A stretch of DNA of 20,905 nucleotides from Piromyces finnis finn. Taxonomy: Eukaryota; Fungi; Neocallimastigomycota. Location: contig MCFH01000180.1 in the NCBI GenBank assembly GCA_002104945.1, forward strand, positions 1 to 20,905. The letters run 5' to 3'. Below the pieces are notes generated by a model, which was given only the letters and a program-made list of their open reading frames with translations, searched no databases and had not been told where the DNA came from. This document shows, piece after piece, positions 1-9,039 of this stretch. Numbering within the stretch: position 1 is the stretch's first letter; each line of letters begins with the position of its first letter. Both the position numbers and the translations under genes were made by a program.

Positions 1-1916
1 AAAGAGACATATTTGGCCTTTTTAGATCTCAGGAAAGCATACGATTCAGTCCCAATCGGTAATATTCTCCATAAATTAGATTGTTTAGGAATCCGAGGTA
101 AGAGTTTACAATTCATCAAAAATTTATATTTAACATCTAAGGCTAATGTCAAATTAGATGGACAATTCTCGAAATCTTTTGATGTGAAGAAAGGAGTCCG
201 TCAAGGATGCCCTCTTTCTCCTATTCTCTTTAATCTCTTTATTAATGATATATTTAAAGAGTGTGAAGATCTCGGAGTCAGTTTAGGTGACACTCGATGC
301 TGTGGTGGACTTTTTGCAGATGTATAGTTATTTGTGCTCCAACAAGAGGATGCTTAAAAAAGATGCTTAGAAGAGTTAATGAATGGGCCTTGTATAATGA
401 AATGGAATTTGGTATCCAGAAATGTTCAACGATGGTGATTCGTCCTGAATCAATAGAAAATCAGAACAAGAGAGATCCAAATTTACTTAGCAGGACAACC
501 CATTCAACTACTGATTGTTATACTTATCTTGGTGTTCCATTTGATAAGAATCTGTCCCTTAAACCAGTTATTAAAGCTCTTAATAACAAGGTTTTGAAAG
601 GCTTTTCTCAGTCAGTAAATTCTTAAGAAATCCTAATATTCCTATTCCTTCAAAAAGCTAGTACTTAACTCACAAGTGATTAGCAGAGTTTCATACTTTG
701 CACCATTACTTGGATCCAACAAAGCAGGTCTAGAATTGCACAGAAGCATGTTAACAAAGGAATACGATGGGTTGCCGGAGTTCATAAAGCTGTATCGTTT
801 ATATCTTTATACTCTATTTCAAAAGATTTGAATATTCCTCCATTGTCAGCCAAATGTGCATTAGCTCAGGTTAGATGTTTTAACAAATGGAAAAACTCAA
901 ATTGTATTATCTCATACCTTGTCAATTACATTCCTAAATTTAGAAAATACACGTGGTGCAAATCAAGTAGGACACTTGATAAAAAACTAAAGAAACATGG
1001 AGATGTTAAAGCAGTTAAAAACTTTTATTGGAAAGATCTCAAAGGGAATTCAATCAAAGCGCAATATTATGATGATAATAAAGTTTAATTGAAACTAAAG
1101 ATTTTATTAAATTATGTTATGAGTACCCAGAGTTTTGCCTATGGCTTCTACTGGGCTATTGAAAGCAAGAAGCGGATACAGTTGGATGCTAGAGTTGCCA
1201 AAGCTGCCAAATTTGTTGATCCAGTTTTGTCCTAACTACTGTCCATGTTGCAAGTGTGGAGGATCAAAGTATTAAACATTGGTTATTAGATTGTCCACAT
1301 TTAGAGATATCCGTATTAAACATTATGATTCCATAGTCCAGCTATTAAATTTTTTCAGTCAACGTAATTCCAATAGTCCTATCAATAATAATGAATTGAT
1401 AATATCAGTAGAGATAGTAATAAATTAATAGTAATAGTAACAATAGTAGTAATACAATAGTAATATAACAATAGTAATATAACAAAGTATAATAGAAATA
1501 ATAATATTAGTAATGATAGCAATAGTGAAGATAATAATTCTAATTTAGATAGTAATTTAGTTAATGATAGTAATAGTTCTAATAATCCGGTGAATATTAA
1601 TGTGTATGATTATTCTAGTGTGTGCAGTAAATATTTAAATTCCTTCTTGGGGAAGAAGTTTTAACAATATAATTACAATTCAAGGGAATGGAAAGAACTT
1701 TGTAAGCGTCAGATTCCAATCTGTACTAATGAAGGAACACCATTCTTGACGGTAACCGCGGAACTTCTAACCAAAATCATGCCTTTTGCTATTGGCCAGC
1801 AATGGTCAATGTTCAAAAGGTTTGAAGCAACATCCAAGAGCGTCAATGCTGAAGAAACAGTAAGACAGGCCAGGAGGGCCAGCGCAACCAATGGAGATCA
1901 TAATTTTGTTCCATGA
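1..1916 (+). pseudogene. Frameshifted copy of the LINE pol ORF (RT C-terminal half to stop)
   Basis: Manual alignment to the intact copy shows at least 18 single-base indels, including one at ~322 that breaks FADD. The homologous stop TGA is at 1914-1916. The indels may be long-read consensus errors rather than real decay. Confidence 0.6.
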
Positions 1917-2121
1917 TAAAATTTTGATCTTTGGCTCGGTGTCCCATTGGAAGTCAAATACAATTATTATACTTAGTATGATAGTGGCTTTCTACTTTAA
2001 TTAAAATTACTAGAATACATTATACCCAATTTTTATTCATTTGTTTTATTTAAACATATTTTTTTATTTTTATTTTATTTTTAATTTTTATTACATGTAT
2101 TATAATTTTAATTAAATTAAT

Positions 2122-2127
2122 AATAAA
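2122..2127 (+). promoter_or_regulatory. Polyadenylation signal of the left LINE copy
   Basis: AATAAA 22 nt upstream of the poly(A) starting at 2150. Confidence 0.65.
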
Positions 2128-2146
2128 GTTTAAAATATTTGATGCC

Positions 2147-2185
<39 letters not shown>

Positions 2186-2189
<4 letters not shown>

Positions 2190-2756
2190 GCTCATATATG
2201 AAAGTACATTCAATTATTAATCCTTAGGAACGTGCCTTCCATTTATTTAATAAATGTAATTTCTCAAGGGGGTCTACTCATGCTCATGGTACTGAGAGAG
2301 TAGAAAGAATTAAATCCAAGCATTGCGCAATGGATGCTTGGTTAGTCTTAAGGGAAAATTATTAGGACTAAGCTCATGGTCTGAGCGATTAAAAAACATT
2401 TTATTCATCGAAATTAAGTATTTGATGAATAAGTTGAATGTTTGATATTCAGGTAAGTTTGTATAGTATTTAATTAGAAGAGTAATACATTTTGTTGCTG
2501 TATTTTTTCTTTTATTCATGTATTCATGTAGTACTACTCTTCTCTTGTAAGAATCCAATGTAGTCAACTTTAGCATTTGCATTGTATTTTAATTCATGTA
2601 GCTATTGTTGTATTGTTTCTTGTAAGAGACTGATTCACTCTACATCATGTAAAAATACTATTCACAAGCTTTCTGGTGTCGACATTCTTGATTCAAATTT
2701 TTTACCAATTTAAATATTTAATGAAAAGTAAAGTCAAACAAGTTTAGTGTCAAAAA
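2186..2756 (-). repeat. Inverted copy of repeat R, directly after the left poly(A)
   Basis: Reverse complement of 2781-3386, except that 27 unrelated nt (2196-2222) replace 60 nt. Confidence 0.92.
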
Positions 2757-2780
2757 GCGAATTCGAATTTACGAACACAA

Positions 2781-3383
2781 TTTTTGACACTAAACTTGTT
2801 TGACTTTACTTTTCATTAAATATTTAAATTGGTAAAAAATTTGAATCAAGAATGTCGACACCAGAAAGCTTGTGAATAGTATTTTTACATGATGTAGAGT
2901 GAATCAGTCTCTTACAAGAAACAATACAACAATAGCTACATGAATATAAAAATACAATGCAAATGCTAAAGTTGACTACATTGGATTCTTACAAGAGAAG
3001 AGTAGTACTACATGAATACATGAATAAAAGAAAAAATACAGCAACAAAATGTATTACTCTTCTAATTAAATACTATACAAACTTACCTGAATATCAAACA
3101 TTCAACTTATTCATCAAATACTTAATTCGATGAATAAAATGTTTTTTAATCGCTCAGTACCATGAGCTTAGTCCTAATAATTTTCCCTTAAAGACTAACC
3201 AAGCATCCATTGCGCAATGCTTGGATTTAATTCTTTCTACTCTCTCAGTACCATGAGCATGAGTAGACCCCCTTGATAAACTCCATTATTAAATAAATGA
3301 AGGCACGTTCCTAAGAGGGCACCAAGCATCCATTGCGCAATACTTGGATTTAATTCTTTCTACTCTCTCAGTACCATGAGCAT

Positions 3384-3386
<3 letters not shown>
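2781..3386 (+). repeat. Repeat R' (606 bp), direct repeat of 8432-9039, abutting the poly(A) of the intact LINE
   Basis: Base-by-base match to 8432-9039 with about 6-10 small differences. Ends ACCATGAGCATGAG immediately before the T run. Confidence 0.95.
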
Positions 3387-3441
<55 letters not shown>

Positions 3442-3460
3442 GGCATCAAATATTTTAAAC

Positions 3461-3466
3461 TTTATT
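3461..3466 (-). promoter_or_regulatory. Polyadenylation signal of the intact LINE
   Basis: TTTATT on plus (AATAAA on minus), 22 nt upstream of the poly(A). Confidence 0.65.
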
Positions 3467-3677
3467 ATTAATTTAATTAAAATTATAATACATGTAATAT
3501 AAAAATTAAAATAAAATAAAAATAAAAAAAAATATGTTTAAATAAACACAAATGAATAAAAATTGGGTATAATGTATTCTAGTAATTTTAATTAAAGTAA
3601 GAAAGCCACTATCATACTAAAGTATAATAATTGTATTTGACTTCCAATGGGACACCGAGCCAAAGATCAAAATTTTA

Positions 3678-6600
3678 TCATGGGACAAAATTATGATCTC
3701 CATTGGTTGCGCTGGCCCTCCTGGCCTGTCTTACTGTTTCTTCAGCATTGACGCTCTTGGATGTTGCTTCAAACCTTTTGAACATTGACCATTGCTGGCC
3801 AATAGCAAAAGGCATGATTTTGGTTAGAAGTTCCGCGGTTACCGTCAAGAATGGTGTTCCTTCGTTAGTACCAGATTGAATCTGACGCTTACAAAGTTCT
3901 TTCCATTCCCTTGAATTGTAATTAATATTGTTAAAACTTCTTCCCCCAAGAAGGAATTTAAATATTTTACTGCACACACTAGAATAATCATACACATTAA
4001 TATTCACCGGATTATTAGAACTATTACTATCATTAACTAAATTACTATCTAAATTAGAATTATTATCTTCACTATTGCTATCATTACTAATATTATTATT
4101 TCTATTACTACTATTGTTATTATTACTATTGTTACTATTACTATTGTTATTATTACTATTGTTACTATTACTATTAATATTATTACTATCTCTACTGATA
4201 TTATCAATTTCATTATTATTGATAGGACTATTGGAATTACGTTGACTGAAAAAATTTAATAGCTGGACTATGGAATCATAATGTTTAATACGGATATCTC
4301 TAAATGTTGGACAATCTAATAACCAATGTTTAATACTTTGATCTCCACACTTGCAACATGGACAGTAGTTAGGACAAACTGGATCAACAAATTTGGCAGC
4401 TTTGGCAACTCTAGCATCCAACTTGTATCCGCTTCTTGCTTTCAATAGCCAGTAGAAGCCATAGGCAAACTCTGGGTACTCATAACATAATTTAATAAAA
4501 TCTTTAGTATCAATAAACTTATTATCATCATAATATTGCGCTTTGATTGAATTCCCTTTGAGATCTTTCCAATAAAAGTTTTTAACTGCTTTAACATCTC
4601 CATGTTTCTTTAGTTTTTTATCAAGTGTCCTACTTGATTTGCACCACGTGTATTTTCTAAATTTAGGAATGTAATTGACAAGGTGTGAGATAATACAATT
4701 TGAGTTTTTCCATTTGTTAAAACATCTAACCTGAGCTAATGCACATTTGGCTGACAATGGAGGAATATTCAAATCTTTTGAGATAGAGTATAAAGATATA
4801 AACGATACAGCTTTATGAACTCCGGCAACCCATCGTATTCCTTTGTTAACATGCTTCTGTGCAATCCTAGACCTGGCTTTGTTGGATCCAAGTAATGGTG
4901 CAAAGTATGAAACTCTGCTAATCACTTGTGAGTTAAGTACTAGCTTTTTGAAGGGAATAGGAATATTAGGATTTCTTAAGAATTTACTGACTGAGAAAAG
5001 TCCTTTCAAAACCTTGTTATTAAGAGCTTTAATAACTGGTTTAAGGGACAGATTCTTATCAAATGGAACACCAAGATAAGTATAACAATCAGTAGTTGGA
5101 ATGGGTTGTCCTGCTAAGTAAAATGTTGGATCTCTCTTGTTCTGATTTTCTATTGATTCAGGACGAATCACCATCGTTGAACATTTCTGGATACCAAATT
5201 CCATTTCATTATACAAGGCCCATTCATTAACTCTTCTAAGCATCTTTTTTAAGCATCCTCTTGTTGGAGCACAAATAACTATATCATCTGCAAAAAGTCC
5301 ACCACAGCATCGAGTGTCACCTAAACTGACTCCGAGATCTTCACACTCTTTAAATATATCATTAATAAAGAGATTAAAGAGAATAGGAGAAAGAGGGCAT
5401 CCTTGACGGACTCCTTTCTTCACATCAAAAGATTTCGAGAATTGTCCATCTAATTTGACATTAGCCTTAGATGTTAAATATAAATTTTTGATGAATTGTA
5501 AACTCTTACCTCGGATTCCTAAACAATCTAATTTATGGAGAATATTACCGATTGGGACTGAATCGTATGCTTTCCTGAGATCTAAAAAGGCCAAATATGT
5601 CTCTTTATTATCTAATTGACGTCTACGGCATATTTCTTGGATTGAAATGAAAAGACTGATACTTTCTTCCTTTTTTCGAAAACCAAATTGTTCAGGTCTA
5701 ATGAAATTATTCTTTAGACCATATTCTGAGATTCTAGTGGTGACAATTTTGGAAATCAACTTAATACCATTATTGATAAGTGATATACCTCGATAGTTAT
5801 CACAATCTGTCAAATCTCCCTTCTTAGGAATAGAAACAATACTGGATTCATTCCATGAGTTGGGGAAGTCTCCATCCCAAATACGGTTGTATAATTTAAG
5901 AATAAAATTTAAACCATAAGAATCATTATCTGAAGTGGTATTACCGGAAGAATTATTATCTGTAGCATTATTAGAATCATTACTTGATGGAATTAATGCT
6001 TTGTAAAATTCAATTGGAATACCATCCGGACCTGATGCTTTATAATTCGGAGTAGAGAGGATAGCTGACTTGACTTCATCAATACTAATATCTTGGTTGA
6101 TATCCCATTCATCAAGCATAGGGAGTGAAAAACGTTTATTCGTTGGTTCTTCATACCAATGCTCCAAATCAAGACTTACGCCACTTGGATCTGATGCAAG
6201 ATTTTCGAAATGATCATGCCACACATCTAGTTGTTCTTCCGTAGCAACAACTAACTCTCCATTTTTATTTTTAATTGGTTGAGCAATAAAGAAAGAATCT
6301 TTTCCAATTTTTGCAGTTTTCTTGATCCATTTCCAGGCCTTCTTAGGATTATGACTCTTCATATACTCACATCCTGTTTTAATCCAATGAAGATATTCTT
6401 GTTTCCTAAATTCATTACATCTTTTGTGGATGTAATCAATGAGCTTACGGTAGATTTTAATTCTTTTAATAAATTCATCTATATCATAAATTCTTTCTTT
6501 TTTAAATCTCTTATACAACTTCATTTTGATTTTTTGGAGATTAAAAATTTGTTGTGAAATATGAAATGAAGACTTTATAACATTATTTGCTGAGGTAATA

Positions 6601-8204
6601 CTGAGCTCGTCTGCAATTGAAAAAGCAGTTGAAGTAAATTCTTTGGAAAGATCATCTGTAGAAACATTAGGATCGTTGAATTTTGCTGAAAGTATTTGGA
6701 ATTTATTATGACTGAGAATAGATTCCTTTTCCTCAATACATTTTAATCTATTCCATTTCAGAATTTTCTTAGGAACGTTAAAGTCATTAGAAAAATCTTC
6801 CATAGGAATAATTTTACCATTAATAAGAAGTGGCTTATGGTCTGATACAGGATAAAAATTATTTATAAATGATCCTGAGTGAATAAGATCTTTCATCTTC
6901 GAATTGATAAGAGCATGGTCAATGTCGGAAGATTGTTCACCTCGAGTCCAAGAGATAGTAGACCCTCTAAGCGGAAGAATTTCCCAATCTCCTAATCCAT
7001 TAGTTGATAACCAGTTGGATAATTTTACTTTAGACATATTAAAATCACCAACAAGAATCGATGGATGGGATGAATGAGTTTGTAACCACAAGCGAACTTC
7101 TAACTTTGCATGATCAACATAGATGTTGTGATGACTATGAGGCATATAAACATTTCCAATCGAGCATTTGAATCTATTCCAGAGACTAAAAGTATAAATA
7201 GAAATAATATACTTTCCAGAGAAGTTTTCAAGTGAGGCTTGACACGAATTGTGAAAACCTAAATATAAACCTCTCATTCCCGGAACTGATTCGTCAGCTT
7301 TCTTGAAAAAGTGTCTATAGTTTCGCAAAGTAACACGACAAGGATAATCTGTATTCGATCCAGAACCATTACCAGTTTCTTGGAAACATAAGAATAATGG
7401 TTTGAAAATAGCTGTGAAATAGCTAATACTATCTCTCTTTTCATGATTCCACCCATTGGTGTTCCAACTAAGACAAAAAGAAAAGTTATCAGGCTTGTTG
7501 GATGAGGAAGAATCGTTGCTATTATTATTATTATTAAAGTCATCGTTATTAATGGATGATGCATCAGAGGAATAAGTAGAACTATTACTAGATGGCTGTG
7601 AAACTGAAGAACTATCAACTATTGAACTGTTATCAGAGTTGATAGAACTATTAGAATTAATTGTTGAATGTTGAGATTGAAATTGTGTTTGCTGTAGATC
7701 TGGAATATTTTCATGATGGGAAACTTGTTGAAGATCCTGTTGAAGATCTCGTTGAAGATCGGATTGTTGATGAGATTGTTGAACTGATTGTTGAACTGAT
7801 TGTTGAAATGATTGTTGAATAGAATGTTGATGTTTATTAGAAACTAAAATTTTACGTTTGAGAGTGGAAAAAGTGTATTTGTGATTCCTTCTACTACGAG
7901 CTGAAAAGGAAATTGAGGTAACTGAAAGTTTCTTCTTTAACATGTGTAAGATTTTAATACAATCTTTTGATGAACCATGAACCTTGACTAAGAAAAAGTG
8001 ATCATTGAAAGTTTGAAAATATTTAACACTAATAACTGAATTAAATTTATCTTCTAGAATAACCTCGAGTTTTTCCCATAGCATATTTACTGACCATGAT
8101 CGAATACCACGGATAAAGAAGGAGCGAATATCATCTAAGGGGATACCATAAGACCGGGTACCACGTCTGATATAATTCTTATCTTTAATATAAAGGACTG
8201 ACAT
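3678..8204 (-). CDS. LINE polyprotein, 1508 aa: N-terminal extension, APE endonuclease (~6815-7490), reverse transcriptase (~5060-6050), CCHC knuckle (~4305-4365)
   Basis: APE motifs SWNTNG, FQETG, VGDFN, IDH, SDHKP. RT motifs KASGPDG, NYRGISL, QFGFR, LDLRKAYDSV, GVRQGCPLSP, FADD, YLGV. CPCCKCGDQSIKHWLLDC fits CX2CX8HX4C. No internal stops. Confidence 0.97.
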   Translation of the reverse strand: MSVLYIKDKNYIRRGTRSYGIPLDDIRSFFIRGIRSWSVNMLWEKLEVILEDKFNSVISVKYFQTFNDHFFLVKVHGSSKDCIKILHMLKKKLSVTSISFSARSRRNHKYTFSTLKRKILVSNKHQHSIQQSFQQSVQQSVQQSHQQSDLQRDLQQDLQQVSHHENIPDLQQTQFQSQHSTINSNSSINSDNSSIVDSSSVSQPSSNSSTYSSDASSINNDDFNNNNNSNDSSSSNKPDNFSFCLSWNTNGWNHEKRDSISYFTAIFKPLFLCFQETGNGSGSNTDYPCRVTLRNYRHFFKKADESVPGMRGLYLGFHNSCQASLENFSGKYIISIYTFSLWNRFKCSIGNVYMPHSHHNIYVDHAKLEVRLWLQTHSSHPSILVGDFNMSKVKLSNWLSTNGLGDWEILPLRGSTISWTRGEQSSDIDHALINSKMKDLIHSGSFINNFYPVSDHKPLLINGKIIPMEDFSNDFNVPKKILKWNRLKCIEEKESILSHNKFQILSAKFNDPNVSTDDLSKEFTSTAFSIADELSITSANNVIKSSFHISQQIFNLQKIKMKLYKRFKKERIYDIDEFIKRIKIYRKLIDYIHKRCNEFRKQEYLHWIKTGCEYMKSHNPKKAWKWIKKTAKIGKDSFFIAQPIKNKNGELVVATEEQLDVWHDHFENLASDPSGVSLDLEHWYEEPTNKRFSLPMLDEWDINQDISIDEVKSAILSTPNYKASGPDGIPIEFYKALIPSSNDSNNATDNNSSGNTTSDNDSYGLNFILKLYNRIWDGDFPNSWNESSIVSIPKKGDLTDCDNYRGISLINNGIKLISKIVTTRISEYGLKNNFIRPEQFGFRKKEESISLFISIQEICRRRQLDNKETYLAFLDLRKAYDSVPIGNILHKLDCLGIRGKSLQFIKNLYLTSKANVKLDGQFSKSFDVKKGVRQGCPLSPILFNLFINDIFKECEDLGVSLGDTRCCGGLFADDIVICAPTRGCLKKMLRRVNEWALYNEMEFGIQKCSTMVIRPESIENQNKRDPTFYLAGQPIPTTDCYTYLGVPFDKNLSLKPVIKALNNKVLKGLFSVSKFLRNPNIPIPFKKLVLNSQVISRVSYFAPLLGSNKARSRIAQKHVNKGIRWVAGVHKAVSFISLYSISKDLNIPPLSAKCALAQVRCFNKWKNSNCIISHLVNYIPKFRKYTWCKSSRTLDKKLKKHGDVKAVKNFYWKDLKGNSIKAQYYDDNKFIDTKDFIKLCYEYPEFAYGFYWLLKARSGYKLDARVAKAAKFVDPVCPNYCPCCKCGDQSIKHWLLDCPTFRDIRIKHYDSIVQLLNFFSQRNSNSPINNNEIDNISRDSNNINSNSNNSNNNNSNSNNSNNNNSSNRNNNISNDSNSEDNNSNLDSNLVNDSNSSNNPVNINVYDYSSVCSKIFKFLLGGRSFNNINYNSREWKELCKRQIQSGTNEGTPFLTVTAELLTKIMPFAIGQQWSMFKRFEATSKSVNAEETVRQARRASATNGDHNFVP
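7725..7825 (-). repeat. 12-bp tandem repeat coding a Gln-rich linker (QQSV/QQSF/LQQD units)
   Basis: GATTGTTGAACT-like and GTTGAAGATC-like units on plus; translation HSIQQSFQQSVQQSVQQSHQQSDLQRDLQQDLQQ. Confidence 0.75.
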
Positions 8205-8431
8205 GATAATAAATTCTAATTAAAAAATATTGAATATAAAATAAATACTAATAAAAATTACAAATATAACGTATATGGAAAAAAATCTGTCTCTCTCTCT
8301 CTTCTTAAAAGTACTGGATAGTACAAAAATTGTTACGATGCTTTGTTTAAAGTTTCTTATTTTTTGAATTCTAGTTGTAAATTTTCTTTAAAAATTCTAG
8401 TTTTGGTTTGTTGTTAGTAAATTCGAATCGC

Positions 8432-9039
8432 TTTTTGACACTAAACTTGTTTGACTTTACTTTTCATTAAATATTTAAATTGGTAAAAAATTTGAATCAA
8501 GAATGTCGACACCAGAAAGCTTGTGAATAGTATTTTTACATGATGTAGAGTGAATCAGTCTCTTACAAGAAACAATACAACAATAGCTACATGAATATAA
8601 AAGTACAATGCAAATGCTAAAGTTGACTACATTGGATTCTTACAAGAGAAGAGTAGTACTACATGAATACATGAATAAAAGAAAAAATACAGCAACAAAA
8701 TGTATTACTCTTCTAATTAAATACTATACAAACTTACCTGAAAAATCAAACATTCACTTATTCATCAAATACTTAAATTTGATGAATAAAATGTTTTTTA
8801 ATCGCTCAGTACCATGAGCTTAGTCCTAATAATTTTCCCTTGAAGACTAACCAAGCATCCATTGCGCAATGCTTGGATTTAATTCTTTCTACTCTCTCAG
8901 TACCATGAGCATGAGTAGACCCCCTTGAGAAATTACATTTATTAAATAAATGAAGGCACATTCCTAAGAGGGCACCAAGCATCCATTGCGCAATACTTGG
9001 ATTTAATTCTTTCTACTCTCTCAGTACCATGAGCATGAG
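8432..9039 (+). repeat. Repeat R (608 bp), upstream direct-repeat partner of 2781-3386
   Basis: Direct sequence match. Also contains a degenerate internal duplication (TCTTACAAGA at 8561 and 8638, CTACATGAATA at 8587 and 8659). Confidence 0.95.
8758..8789. other. Perfect 13-bp hairpin, 6-nt loop
   Basis: TTATTCATCAAAT-ACTTAA-ATTTGATGAATAA. Confidence 0.8.

Larger units (their letters stand above)
1..2185 (+). mobile_element. 3' part of a LINE copy (RT, CCHC, 3' UTR, poly(A)); begins at the window edge
   Basis: Near-identical to the reverse complement of 3387-5606. ORF fragments carry AFLDLRKAYDSV and GVRQGCPLSPILFNLFIND. Ends GATGCCGTT plus A36 (2150-2185). Confidence 0.93.
1..5606. repeat. 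Long inverted repeat: arms 1-2756 and 2781-5606, 24-nt spacer 2757-2780
   Basis: Base 1 pairs with 5606. ...AGTTTAGTGTCAAAAA ends at 2756 and TTTTTGACACTAAACT... starts at 2781. Confidence 0.95.

Noticed and set aside
1709-7618. ORFs 1709-1891, 4843-5079, 6279-6557 and 7274-7618
   Set aside because: Antisense or alternate-frame shadows of the LINE ORF.
8608-8817. 69-aa ORF in R (90-aa variant at 2310-2582)
   Set aside because: Length and frame differ between R copies, there is no recognisable motif, and composition fits AT-rich chance ORFs.
8802-8824. tRNA D-arm/A-box look-alike on minus (TAAGCTCATGGTACTGAGCG) and B-box-like ATTCGAATC at 8421
   Set aside because: No cloverleaf follows, and the two boxes are ~380 nt apart with imperfect consensus.
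2781-9039. R/R' read as LTRs of an LTR retrotransposon
   Set aside because: The RT is LINE-type with an APE domain, a poly(A) tail lies between ORF and R', there are no TG...CA termini, and no integrase, protease or RNase H is seen.
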